Origin: the human T2T-CHM13v2.0 reference genome, Homo sapiens
Length of the DNA stretch: 64,000 nucleotides
Strand: one strand, 5' to 3'
Assembly: GCF_009914755.1 (NCBI RefSeq)
Contig: NC_060929.1
Shown here: piece by piece, positions 26,936 to 41,480 of the stretch
How the letters are laid out: every line of letters starts with the position of its first letter
Position numbering within the stretch: the first letter of the stretch is position 1
Made by a program: the position numbers and the translations under genes
Notes under the pieces: generated by a model
Databases searched by the model: none
What the model saw: the letters and a program-made list of their open reading frames with translations, nothing else
Told to the model about the DNA's origin: nothing

Positions 26936-29329
26936 CTTATATATAATTTTTATAAAATAAAAATTTTAGAAAAGATATTTATAAAAAATAGGTGTGATTT
27001 GGCATCCAGCTGATCATGGGAGATAAGTAAAAGATGACTTCAAAAAGTTGTGTTTCGATGTCTGAAAGATAACTAATAGATTCACCTTCAATATACAATG
27101 TGGAAGAGGATATAGTATTAGTTTACAATAAAAATGTCTACTTGAGCACACTGAGGTTTGAGAAAACAGAAAGATGTTTAAGGCAAGATGCTGAGCAGAC
27201 AGAGATAGAACCCCAGAGCCCAGTGTGTGAAAGGGGTGAGGGAGAGACAAGAGCAGAGGTGCAAGTGAAGCCATGGGATAAATGAGGTTTCCAAAGGAAA
27301 GAGGGGACATACTCAGGGCTGGAAGGCTAAGGATCTAACCTTCAAGGGCACTCAGCTATGAGTCAGAAAGAACAAGATGACTATCAGTGTCTGGGAAGGC
27401 CCTCGCTACAGCCACTAGGAATTTGCATTTAGAGAGGAAAACAATAATGGAATAGTCCTTGTGGCTAACATTAATTGAACACTTACCAAGTACCATGCAC
27501 TGGTCTATGCATTATTCAGTTTATTAACTGAACAATAAACACTCAGTTATTTATTCCTCACAAGTCCTAAAAGAGAAGGGAAGGGATTTTCTATTAATAA
27601 CACAATTTTTACAGATAAGACAAAGTCCAGAAAACCTTTGTCACTTCTCCAAGATCACACACTTGACAACCAGTCAAGCTGTGACTGAATCTAAGCAGCC
27701 TAGCACCTCAGGTCTCATTCTTAACCACTTTCTATATTAAGAGTTCTGAGGACAGAGAAACCAACCCCAGCGTCATACAAACAACCACAAGTCACATCTC
27801 AGCATTCAGTGCTCAGCCAAACATGCATGGAACAGCTATTATGTTCCAGAAAGAAAAACACACGAATAGATAAGATAAGGCCTACTCTCAAGAATTTTAT
27901 ATTCTGGAGCAAGGCAGACAAATCAAACAATTATTGAGACGCACATAATAAGAAACTTCTATTAACCACGATGCTTTGATTCAATACTCCATGGGAGCTC
28001 AGAGGAAGAAATGACAAATTTTTATGAATGAAGCCCAACAGTCATTGGAGAAGGCGACACATGTTATCTGAGTATTGAAGAAAGGTGGATGTTTGCCAGA
28101 AAAATAAAAGAAACCCAAGGCACAGGTAGCAACATGCAGTTATGAGGAAACATATATTCAGGGAATGATAACAGATCACTCATGGGTAGGAGTTGAGGTA
28201 GGAAAATCAGACTGAGAACACATTGGAAAAGCAGTGAAAGCTGAGCTAAGAATTTAGCTTTTAGTTAACAAGGGCTTTCCTATGGGTTTTCACATGCGTT
28301 TTCAGGAGCAGCCACTCCCCAGGCCTCACCAACTTCCCTATCCCCTACTGATACCCACAGCCCCTGCAGATCCCGGCATCAGCATCACTTGCTCAGGAGC
28401 CTACCCTGCTTTGGAGATTGCAACTTAGCAGACTCCAATAGCTTTTTTTTTTTCCTTCTCCTTATAGTATTCAATGGTCACCAATTTTACTGTAATTATC
28501 TGTTTACTGTCTGTATTCCCAACTAGACAAAAAGTTCCATGATTCAGAGTTTTTCTGATCATTCACCACTGTATTTACAATGTCCAGAACAACTCATAGT
28601 AATTAGTAAGCACTCCATAAATGTTTGATGAAATGAATATAAAAATAACAGTTCAAACCCTCTGGCATGAAATTCAACTCAACAAATATTATGTACAAAG
28701 CCTGAACCTGCCCTAAAAGAGTATGTGAGAAGGAGAAACTTTTAATATACTTTCCTTGTGAAATGCATTTCAATCCTATTGGGAAAACAAATGTAATTGT
28801 GTGACACAGTTCACAATGACAGACACTTTTCATTTATACATTACAAAATCGAATTATACTCCAGGGAGATCATTAAGAAAATGCAGATACATTTATCTCC
28901 AGCACAAGATTAAACATGCAACCTTGAAGTAAGAATTGTATGTTTTACAAGTAAACCTGTTTAAAAGAGGATCGGAGACTAAGAAACTGTTGGAGAATTT
29001 TGCCGATAAAACACATCAAATTTTTGAGCTGTGCAGAGGAAGGGTGACAATTCAGCTGGGTGTATCCAAAAAAGAATCTTGCAGTACTATAGAGAATACT
29101 ATCTTCAAGGAAGTGAAATTGACTTTTTTTTTAAAAAGGGAATTACATTTAATGCTAAGTAAAGGACAAAGTACAGCATGTTCAGAGAAAGGGGATAAAA
29201 ATGGTTAAAAGTCTGAAAAGTATGGCTTATGAGGCCAGCAGAAGGATCTAGAAATATTTGGCCTAATATAGGGAAGACTTGGGGATGATATACCTCTGTT
29301 TTGTTGTGGAGGCTCCATAAAGATACCTG

Positions 29330-29950
29330 TAGGGTCTGGCCAGCCTAAGGGGAACTGGTATCTCCTCTTCTTGTCTGCCTAACACCCATCTTTCCAGTGA
29401 GAACTGCTATTTCTTCACACCATATGTTTTTGGTAAAGCTGGGAGTCATGGTGCCTGACCTCTGCCCAGTAACCAGGATGTGTCATCTCCACACCACAGT
29501 GACTGGTTAAGTGAAGAGTGTTTGACACAAGCAAAGCCAACGGAAATTCTTCCATGAGAAACAGCACTTAGGTTTCTCTTCCTATGGACTCATGTGTTAA
29601 GGATGGTTTAAGATTTGTTGACTGTGACTATTTTTCTTTCCTGGTGGAAGAACCCAGCCTAAGAAAAAAATCTAACAAGAAACCAGAGCTGATGGACAGC
29701 ATAGGGACAAAGAGGGACAGATAGAAAGAGAGGAATAGACATAGGGAAACAGAGAGGGAAGTAAACAGGGAGAACAAGAAGGCAAGATGGAGACAAAGAG
29801 GAGAGGGAAACAGAGTTAGAGAGGGGCAAAGTTAGACTAAATGACATTGTTCAAATCCTTGTAGAGAGCCATGTCTGAAGCCAGACTTTTCAGTTATTTG
29901 AACGATCAATTTATTATCTGCCGCATGCTGCTGAAAGAAACCTTGCTAAT
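29330..29950 (+). mobile_element. Old MLT1 (K/L-like) LTR with an expanded GA-rich interior
   Basis: atgacattgttcaaatcc...agccatgtctgaagccagacttttcagtta resembles the MLT1K 3' part. Boundaries are approximate. Confidence 0.6.
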
Positions 29951-30730
29951 AGATCATCCAATAAGCAAGTTGGTAAAAACATTACATTCAGGCAACTCAC
30001 TGGCATATATCATAAACTCAAAATATATTCAAATAAGTCTGCTTATTACATATGAAATCACTGGCATTTACAGGCAGTTGCTATTTACAGTGGTTACCTC
30101 AGGTTATGCAGCTGTGGAAGTGGATATTGAAAGAATTGGGGACATTATGTTCTACTTGTGAACTGATGGCATTTTCTACAATGCTCAGGTATTATTAATA
30201 TTGTGACTTAAAAAATCTGTGAGGATTAGAAAAGGGACTGTTAGAAAAAAATCAAATACAAGCTTGTGAACAGGGAGGAGGTTAACCAAGACCAATGTAG
30301 GAGTGATGCACCCCGTAAGAGATGGTGAGGGCTCCCTTAGAGGGAGATGTGAGGGTGTTTGATGAGAAAGCAGAGAGAACACACTGGTCAGGAAGATTTC
30401 CATGCTCCCTGGCTTGTTCTGACCTCAGAGGGAACTCCCAGCACTGAAGCAGAATGTTCTCAGAGAACTGAGGAATGTGCCATTCTAGCAACATTTTCAG
30501 TTAAAAGGCTATTGTGGATGGACTTGCATTTGAGAAGGTTACGTTCTAGCAAAGGGAAAATTGAAGTTTAAAATGTGTATTACAGAAATTAGTAAAACTG
30601 AAGGCCCCCAACCCCAATTTAACTGACCATCCACTCTGGCCAGCACTACACCGTATGCCCTACCCCTCAAATAACCACCTGTTAACGATTTGGTGAAAAT
30701 TCATTCATGATCTTTCTTTTTCATTCTCAA

Positions 30731-30836
30731 TCTCTCTCTCTTTCTTTCTCTCTCTCTCTCTTTCTCTCTTTCTCTCTCTCTCCACCTCTCTTTCTCTCTC
30801 TCTCCACCTCTCTTTCTCTCTCTCTCCACACACACT
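30731..30836. repeat. (CT)n/(CTTT)n low-complexity tract ending in (CA)n
   Basis: Read directly. Confidence 0.9.
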
Positions 30837-33820
30837 CATGTAAACCCAGATACATGCATCTCTATATTTATTTTACAAAAATGGAACTATGCTAAACATT
30901 AGAGTCTGCCAGTTGCTTTTTTTCCCCCAACATAATACACCAGTGATATATTTCTAGGACAACACACGTCATTATTTCTCATGGTTTTCAATGGCTGCCT
31001 TATATTTCACTTTTAAAACTAGTACTCTATCATGACTACTTGGTTAGCTTTTATTCACCACAGTACTTTAGATCTTAAAAAAATCAACTGTACTCTAAAG
31101 CTTTTAAAGCAGTTTTTGATCTCCTATGACCCATACTATATGGTGCATTTATTTTAATTATGCTTTGGAAATTATTTTTAAGGAGGCAATAAATTCTTAT
31201 TAACAGAATTCAATTCTGAAAGCACCAGGAAGCACAGTGAGCTGAGAATGGGAGTTGGGAAAATGCATTTTGTAGTACTAAAGGAGTCCTACATTTTGCT
31301 TTGATCCAGGAGTCTGCCATCTGAGAAGAGTTACAAATTAAAGTGAGCCCTCTTGCTCAAAGGAACTACCCCTTATGATTGATCCCAGAAGACTTGTAGC
31401 AGCTCTAGAGAGAAGGACATGGCATACTGCCGGGAATAACATGGCTAACAAGGACATCACACCTCATTGAGACATTCACTCTGTGCTTTGGCCCAGCCCA
31501 GCTGAACCAAACTGTTAGGACGGGAAGGACACAGCAAAAACAGAGCTAGATGATAAATAAAACCATCCTCTTCCAGGCTAAAACATTGCCCTGTAATGTT
31601 CAGGATGGACCCTCCAGCACTATGAGGGAACGCTCTTGGGACAGGGAAAGCTGGAGACAAGCTGGAGGCAAGATCCCCAAGCTCCCCAAGGAAAATAAAA
31701 CAAAAGAAACCCCATCTGATATCTTACTTATGGTATTGGAGTTTTTGACATACACTGTCAGAGAATGAAATGGAATTATTGGCATGACTCTCACAAAGAG
31801 AACGTGCTGACCACTCCATTTGTTCAATCGTGTTTGTCAAATACCTAAATAAGTATTTATGCAATGACTGTTTAATTGTCAACCTCCCCATAACAATGCA
31901 AGTTCTATGAGGGCAGGGATCTTGCCCTTGTTCGTAGCCTTGGGCTTCCTCCCATTGGAATAGAAAGACATTTAAGAAGAAAGTATAGACTTGATTTTAA
32001 CTATAATTACACTGAGTTCTACAAAGGAGAAAAATGGTTTTGATGGAGTCAGCGAAGACTTCTGCAAAGAAGAGAAGATTTAGCTAAAATCTGAAAGACA
32101 TGCAGGAGAGGAGGGGCAGAGGAAGTTTTCAGGCAGAGGGAAAAGCCAAGGCCTCAGGTGGCTGAGCAGAGAGCCCTGGAGAACTAGAAAGAAGGCCAAA
32201 GCAACTCGGGCCTGGAGGTGAGGTTAGGAAGGGGGTGAAGGGAAGCTGGGGACATGGACAGGAAACAGAGGGTGAAAAACCTTGTATGAGTCTGGTCTTG
32301 ATCTTCAATGCAATGAATAGCCACTGAAGGGTTTTAAGCAAAGGAGCAACAGTATTAGAGCAGCATTTTAAAAGGATGGCTTTTGATCTTGTGAGCGACA
32401 AGTGGATGGGGAGGGAATAAAACATATTTGGAGGGAATAATTAGGAAAGTGTTGAGTGATTTCTTCAAGAAATGATATTACTTTGGATGAATGATAGAGA
32501 GAAATAGACTAGGATCTCTTTAGGAAAGAAAATGAGCAGGACTTGTCATTATTTAAATGTAGGAGGCAAGGAAAGACTGCTATCAGAATAACTACCTGGT
32601 TTCTAGATGATGCAAGCTGTTGGAGCAGCTATTCACTGAGGAGGTGCAAGTTTGATGAGAAAGATCATGAGTTGTATGGCTAGTTACAAGAAACTGACAT
32701 GAACAACAACATCCACTAACATGGAATATTGTGACAAGCTGGGCCAAAGTGATGCCTTAAATGGATTATCCAATTTATACCTAACTGTAGTCATATAAAA
32801 TAGGTGCTATCTCCCTAAGTTTTAGAGACAAGAAAGGCTTAGACTCAGAAAGGCTTAATCACTTATTCCCATTCCCAGAACTAAACATTTTAAAAGCTGG
32901 GATTTGAACCCAAATCTCTTCAATTCTAAAGCAGATGGTTCTTAATGACCAATTCATCCTGTTTCATGACAACTCATACCTACTCAGGAAAAGTTTCCTG
33001 ATTTGAAAAGTACGTAGGCATAAATCTGAAGCCAAACCTGTCAAGGAAACCTCTAGACCTTCTCTCAGGGCTGCCCACAGCAAACTCTCCACAATGGACA
33101 GTTGATTCTACACTTTCTCCCATTTTTTTTCCTGGCTGACTGGCTCTTTTTCTTACTCCTGCTTTTACACAGGCCTTGAGGTTACCTCAGCTGCCCCTAT
33201 CACCCCTGCCTGGTCTTCTCCAAATTCCTGTAGTACTTTCAGTCTCACTACTCATTTTAACAATGATCATATGCAGGTTACCCAGCAGGATTTCCATAGA
33301 TTTTCTACTTCCTTACATTGTATTTCCTATAATACAAACTTTCATTCAGTGTATCCTGACTGTCTTTAAAAGTCTTTCATGTACTAAAGTCAGATTGTTG
33401 TAAACAAGCTAATAAACACAAATTTCCAACTATGCCATGCCATGGGTCTGGTTGCTTGCCATGAGTTCAATTTTACCAGAGTCATTATCTCTAGCTATAG
33501 AGTGGAGTCTCATTATACATGCATTTAACTTAAGCATATTCAACTATATGTTCTTGGCAGAGGAAAAGAGAAAGCAATTTAAATACAGCAGGCCATTATG
33601 ACTACCATTCCAATCAATGCACATATGTCCCATGAAATAGGAGATGAACCTGCTGTCCCCTCAGCTGGTTTCAGTCTCTAAGTACCTCCCCCAGTGTGAT
33701 TAATTCTCTGGGAAGACTATGATGTTAGTGTTTAAAAGTGTGTATGTTAGATATACCACAATCTCTAGTTTCAGTCAACTACTTTTCCTAGTCCTCAATT
33801 TAAAAAAAACAGTGATTGTC

Positions 33821-34243
<423 letters not shown>

Positions 34244-35157
34244 CTAAATTTTAAAAAAGTGATCTATCCCAAGACTGGAGGAAAACTTGGGTTTGTTGGG
34301 TTGCTCAAGACACAGTAAGAAATCATTGTCCCTGGCAATTCTGATTACATGTGATTTGCACCCCACATTTTTCTGAGAGCTAACCCCTAAGATACTACTA
34401 CATTGATAACAGCATGTTTGTGTAGTCATCTGACTTTAGATTGCATTCTACCTTTATGATGAAATGTAAATTAGCAGGAATTGGAAAATGAATAGTGATG
34501 GTACAAGTGATAAATACATAAATCTGCAACAAATGAGGCAAAGATGAAAATCATTAGGTCCCCTGAAGTCAAATATGAAGAAAGAAAATAAAATTATGCC
34601 ACAAGAATGAAATGCTAGATCTGGGTCCAAAAATCATAAAATTATTGGGAAGTTTACTGTAACTTTCTGGAAAAGAGTCTCCACAATTATATGCACATAC
34701 ATAAATATGTATATCAAATTATTACAGAAACATATTTTCAAGAAAAGGTTATGTTCAAACATAGGGCATTTTCATTCTGAACCACCCCTGCTGCCCTCTG
34801 GGAAGATGTACTCATTCTTGATGCTTAGCTTCTTCAGAATTTTGTTCATGCCATCAGTATAAAATTTACAGCTCTATAGTAAACTTGATTGCTGACATCT
34901 ATTGCTATTTAGATTGCAATCTCCTTGCAGACAAGTTATAGGTCTTACTAATCTGTGCATCTACAGTGCCTCAGAGAGGGCCTGACTAAAAAGGGGGCCT
35001 CTGCAAAGGCTGGAGAATGACTGTATAACTGAATTATCAAATTTACCTCTCTGAGATTCATTTCTTCTAATGAATAAGAAAAGGCAGACACTGCCCAATA
35101 TCCATCAAGTCATGTCTCCAGCATGGAGCTCCGCTATGCACATTGTTCTGTCCTTAC

Positions 35158-35358
35158 CTATCCAGAGAAATGCAGCACAGGTGAAAAATCGATGCCGTTG
35201 TGAGCAGGACGTCCAGAGATGTCCGAACAAGACAAAACACCTCCCCATAAATCCAGATGTCTTGAACCAGCTCAATGGCACCAAAGGGCATCACCAGCAC
35301 CGAAACCAGCAGATCCGCAAAAGCAAGAGATACAATGAAATAATTTGTTTTTATTTTC
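35158..35358 (-). CDS. HTR4: HTR4 coding exon, 201 nt, phase 2-2: ICL1, TM2, ECL1, TM3
   Basis: cacag|G AAA ATA...CTG GAT AG|gtaagg. Translates [66 protein letters not shown](R), with the LAxAD motif, the amine-binding Asp in TM3 and the first part of DRY. Confidence 0.98.
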
Positions 35359-35515
35359 CTGTGAGTGAAAAAGTGTAAGAGAGGAGGCAGGGGGAGGGAT
35401 GAAGGGAAAAAGGGGAGGGAGAAGAGATCAAGAGAAAAAACAGGGAAAAGGGAAACAAAGAAAGAAGAAAAGAAGGGAGGGGGAAAGAGGAAAGAAAAAG
35501 TCACATGCTTAGTGT
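35359..35515 (-). promoter_or_regulatory. 3' splice site with a 147-nt AG exclusion zone; candidate distant branch point CACTAAG (A at 35509, -151)
   Basis: There is no minus-strand AG from 35361 to 35507. The tract is pyrimidine-rich and is preceded by TACACTAAG. Confidence 0.85.
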
Positions 35516-35954
35516 ATTCCGTGAGATTCAATTTCCCCTTCTGTAACATGGCTGAGAAGACCCAGCGTGGTCCAGCCTCTCCTGACTTCTCCAGACCTAC
35601 CTTATACCAAAACCTCTTTTTTCCTCCCCCTTCTGGCCACCCTGCCCTAATCTGAGTTTCCCTGCACATATAGGTCCCTTTTGAGGGCCAATGCAGATGT
35701 TCTTTCTTCCAACGGTTGCCTGGTTAATCCCACCCACCCGTCAGTCCTTGGTCGGGCATTCTCAGGAAACTCTCCCAAGGTATGCCCTGTGACTGTAGTC
35801 ACAGTCCACCATTTTACACTAGCAGACTGGCTACTGTGTACTCACATTTATAACACTGGTCAGAATTGCGCTTTTGCACTTTATTTGCATCATCATTAGA
35901 TGTGTGGATGTCTTACTTAGAGAGGAACTGCTTCGTTATACCCTCTTATGGCCC

Positions 35955-36246
35955 AGAGGCTCTCATCCCAGGCTGTACACTAGAATCACCTGATGCATTT
36001 TAATAAGTATTGATGCTGAGGTCTCACCCCAGATCAGTTAGTTCAGGCACCCTGGGGAGTTAACGCCTCTCCCCTCAAAGATTACCAGATACAATACAGG
36101 ATGCCTGATTAGATTTGAACTTTAGCAATAAATCACTTTTTAAATATAACTATGTCCAAAATACTACATGAGACATACTAATACCACACGATGATAGTTT
36201 TTCAAAGTGCTTCAGGTGGTTCTAATTGCAGCCAGGGTTGAGACTG
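35955..36246. mobile_element. MER5-like element interrupted by a MER33-like fragment (about 36080-36185)
   Basis: ctagaatcacctg...ctcaccccaga and caggtggttctaattgcagccagggttgaga flank ccagatacaatacaggatgcctgattagatttgaa. Confidence 0.6.
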
Positions 36247-36626
36247 ATGAAGTAGAAGTGCAAAAAACACAGGTTTAATTTCTAGATCTGTCCCTTGTCA
36301 GCCACATCTTCCCTAAACCATTAATAAAATGGGGAGGTTAGATTATATGTGCTCTCAACAATTGTATATATAGTGATCACAACTATAAACACATTTGACA
36401 AAGAAAAAAATGACAGGATGGAAATACACTGAAATGTTTACACTGGTTGTATTAGAGTTGTAGGATTAATTGCAATCCCTTTTTCTCCCCTTTTATTTTT
36501 AAAATGTTGTTCCCATGAATGTTTTCTTTCTTAATTACAAATTCTAATAGAAATGTTCACACCCAACTCTCTAGGGACAGCTCAGAACTCCCATGTTTCC
36601 TCAAAAGGTTCCCTCCTGCTGCTCAC

Positions 36627-36752
36627 CTGAGCTGCCTGTCCCAGCACACAGCCACCATCACCAGCAGGTTCCCCAAGATGGCCATCAGGATAACCGTCGA
36701 GAGAAACGTGAGCAGCACCACCTTCTCCACTGACCCGAAACCCTCCTCAGAA
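36627..36752 (-). CDS. HTR4: HTR4 coding exon, 126 nt, phase 2-2: N-terminus and TM1
   Basis: Minus strand reads tttcag|T TCT GAG GAG...CAG CTC AG|gtgagc and translates (S)[41 protein letters not shown](R). This matches the 5-HT4 receptor and has the TM1 GN motif. The AG/GT sites are canonical. Confidence 0.97.
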
Positions 36753-37125
36753 CTGAAAGACACACACAAGCACAAAGAATTGAATGAAACTCTGGGACAC
36801 AAGAAGGAAAATTCGTCTTTTCATCATTGACCTTCAGAAAGGTAACTTCACCATCAGCTGATGACACATATATTTATCATGCGTTTAATGTACACCAAAA
36901 TCTGAACCGGTCGCTTGACATTTTATCCTGGTTAGCTCCTACATAAGAGGAGTATGAGGCTTAGAGAGCTGAATTAACAGGTTATTTTCCATCCAAGCAC
37001 TTGTGGCTTTCCTTCAGGGCATTTAGTTCAACTAGCATTCAGACATATGTAGTTGATGCCTGTTTTGTGCACCTACTCAACTAGATTGCAAAAGCTGAGT
37101 GAATGAATGATAGTAACTTTGCAAT

Positions 37126-37606
37126 TGCAGGAGCAGCCCAATTTGGTCCAACTTTGTGTATAAAATGGTGAGTTGTGTTTTAGTTGCCATGGACCCCCAG
37201 GTTGCAAGTTAAACTGACCAGGCCCAGATGAACCAAGCATGCAACCACAGGGTGGAACCTAAGTGCTTGGACCAAGGCATGGGGACCAAATAAAGAAGTG
37301 GACGTCTCATGGCATGATCCACGATCCAATCATATAGAGCCCTAGCATCACCTTGTGGCATAATCCAGTCAGATCATACCTCTTGGCATTAACTTATCAC
37401 AAGATCCAATCAGATCACACCTTATTACCCTCTACCTATAAAACCTGCCACAGCCCCCAGCTCAGGGGGACAGATTTGAGCTTTGCCTCCTGCTTCCTTG
37501 CCGATCAACTTACAATGAAGCCTTTTTTTTTTTCCTCAAAAGCCAGGGCCATAGTATTGGCTTCTATAAACATCAGCAAGGAGCCCACTGCTTGCTCAGT
37601 AGCAAC
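37126..37606 (+). mobile_element. Solo LTR (LTR47-like)
   Basis: ggagcagcccaatttggtccaacttt...gttgccatggacccccaggttg, repeated gatccaatca units, TATAAAA at 37437, ends gcaac. Confidence 0.7.
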
Positions 37607-38138
37607 TTGAACTGGTTGTTACTGAGCAAGTTACTTTGCATTCATACAGTTACTTGGCCTGAATGCAAAGCCATCTTGTTACAGTGTCCCATTCCAGCCC
37701 ATGCAGAAGCTTCTGCTTACAGGTAGGTTCTCCCAGAGAGAAAAGATTGTGGTGTGATGGTTGTTCTTACATCAGTTCACCTGGACAAATTGAATTCAGA
37801 TTCTGTGAAGTCTGTTGGAGAGATAGTAGCCAATAAATAAGCTCAGTGGCTCCTTTCACCACCCTGATCATTTCTTTTAGTGCCCACAATATGTCATTGT
37901 TTTCCCAGTTCAAATTTGTGTTCTTGTCAAGTTCAGCATCTGATTTAGTCTACAAATGTTGCCTTCCCCATGTAAACTCAGCATTTTGTTTTATTAACTT
38001 GAAAATGAAGATCCCTTTTCAATGAAAGCATGATATCTGCAGATTAATATTCAGAAGCTATAGGGATTTTAAAAACTTTTATAGTATAATAAAATGTTCT
38101 TTTTAATGAAGTTTCAAAGAATCTTAAAACTCTTAGAC

Positions 38139-38359
38139 CAGCGGTGTCCAATCTTTTGGCTTCCCTGGTCCACATTGGAAGAAGAATTGTCGTGGGTCAC
38201 ACATAACATACACTAACACTAACAATGGCTGATGAGCTAAAAAACAAATTGCAAAAAAATCTCATAATGTGTTAAGAAAGTTTATAAATTGGGTTGGGCT
38301 GCATTAAAAGCTGTCCTGGGCTGCCTGTGCCCCGACAGGCCATGGGTTAGACAAGTTTG
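38139..38359 (+). mobile_element. MER30 (hAT) with an 8-bp TSD
   Basis: gtgtccaatcttttggcttccctgg...gacaagtttg. The flanks are tcttagac/tcctagac. Confidence 0.9.
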
Positions 38360-40141
38360 TCCTAGACCCAAACCCCACATTTGAATATGGGAAAACCAGG
38401 GCCCAGAAAAGAAGAGCTGACTTGTCAGAGCGTGCTAGTGGCTGGTCTGGGAGAGGCTGCTTGTCCTGTGAGCCCACCACTGAGAACACACAGTTCCAAA
38501 AATCAAGAATTCTCTGTCTTTCCTGAGCTCTTTTGACTGAAAATTAAGGTGCATGCCCTCTCCAGATGGAAGCAGCCTGCAAAGTCATGGCTTTGGCCTT
38601 GTCCAGAACTTCTGTTAAGCTGGCACAGAAGACAAGGGGCCAAAGGGAATGAGGAACCAGTCTGGCAGCAGTTGGAGAATGAGAAAGTCCCTCCATTCAG
38701 CTGAGAAGTATTTTTATAGGCAGATTGATAGATTGTTTATGACTGAAGTTCAGATGAAAAGAAATTCCAGATATGCTTATTTAAATCACCCTTCTACACT
38801 TAAGTTCTAACTATCAACAGTACAAATATCAGATAGGGAAGATTTAATTCAATGAGGAAAACTGTACACTTAGAAAAAAGACCTTAATAGGCTGATGTGG
38901 CCACCAAAAATTCATTTGATCTTAGGTCATGTTAGTTGAGTTAAAGCACTAACAAAGGAGGTGATGGTGGTTCTCTTCCCTGTCCTTCTTAGAGACTAAC
39001 GGCCCCCCTGAAACTCATCTCTTCCACCCCCAGGGCCTCTGTATTTGAGGTGCCTTCTTCCTGGAATGATTCTTCAGTGACAGACTTCTTGTCATTCAGG
39101 CCTCAGATTAAATTTAACCCCCAGTTAATGTACCACAGCCAACAAACATTTTTCATTTTCTTTACAGCATTTACTGTTATCTGAAATGACTTCTGTTATT
39201 GTTTTCTGTGCCCCAATTCCACAGATTGACTTTTGTTATCTTTTTCACTACAATCTCCAGTGTCTGGCACAATATCTAGTCTAGAGTATGTATTAATGTA
39301 CATGAAATGCTATGTATTAATATTACATATGTAGATGATGCATTACATAGTAAGTGCTCAATTACTTGCTGATTCAGTGAAAGAGAGATATATTGTGCTC
39401 ATAATGGTTATATTTATTATTCAATGTCTTTGAAGCCTGGTTGAAAGTATAGAGATTTCACCTAGAGAAAAGAAGGCCCAGAGATGAAATGCAAAAGCTA
39501 CTTGCAGCTATCTGAGCGCTGTCATTTGAAATAAGAGTAGATTCACATATTCATTCATTTAACAATTTCTGAGCACCTACTCTGTGTTAGGCATTGTTGT
39601 ATGTCCTAGGGAAACAGCAATAAGCAAAACAGAGAGAAAAACAGACAATAAACAGATGCATGAGACAGTATGTAAGGTGTCAGCTGATAGTACAGTCCAT
39701 GGCAAAAAAAAATATCTAGGAGGGTAAGGAGGACTGGATGGCCTGTGGCGGATTGCAGACTGGCTATTTAATAAAGGATGTCAGGGAAGGTTCAATGATA
39801 AGGTTATCACAGGTTGTGAGGCTAACTAAGACCAGTGGGTGAACTTTAAGCAGTGGTTCCCAGCCTTACCTGCATATTTAAGTTACCTGAGGAGCCTTAA
39901 AAAATGCTGATTCTGGGAATCCACCCTCAGAGGTGCTGATTTAATTGGTCTGAGTTGCAGCTTGGATAGAGAAATTTTTAAAATCTCCCAAGTGACTCTG
40001 ATGTGTAATGAATTAGAGTCACTGACAGGGAGGCAAGATTTAGTACCAGATAATAAGAGCCTTCTAACAATTAAAGATGATCTGCAATAGCTTCCCGGTG
40101 TTGTTTTGTGTTCCCTGGCACAGAAAGTGTTTAAGAATACC

Positions 40142-41150
<1,009 letters not shown>

Positions 41151-41151
41151 T

Positions 41152-41480
41152 CTTTTTTTAGCTTTTTATTTTAGGTCCAGAGGTACATGTGCAGGTTTGT
41201 TATACAGGGGGTTTGGTGTACAGATTATTTCATCATCCATATAATAAGCATTGTTTGATAGGTAGTTTCTTGATCCTCACCCTCCTCCCACCTTCCACCC
41301 TCACGTAGGTCCCAGTGTCTGTTGTTCCCTTCTTTGTGTCTGTAATGTACTCAGTGTTCAGCCCCCACTTGTAAGTAAGAACATGCTGAATTTGATTTTC
41401 TGTTCCTCTGTTAGTTTTCTTAGGATAATGGCCTCCAGCTCCATCGATGTTGCTGCAAAGGACATGACCTCATTCTCTTT
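41152..41480 (-). mobile_element. L1PA (old) 3' end fragment
   Basis: ggtacatgtgcaggtttgttata...ggataatggcctccagctccatc. Confidence 0.85.

Noticed and set aside
30731-30836. Pyrimidine tract as another splice acceptor
   Set aside because: It is on the wrong strand for HTR4. Simple microsatellite.
35359-35669. N-terminal extension of the 171-aa ORF suggesting an alternative start
   Set aside because: It is the translated polypyrimidine tract. A canonical acceptor at 35359 joins in frame to the TM1 exon.
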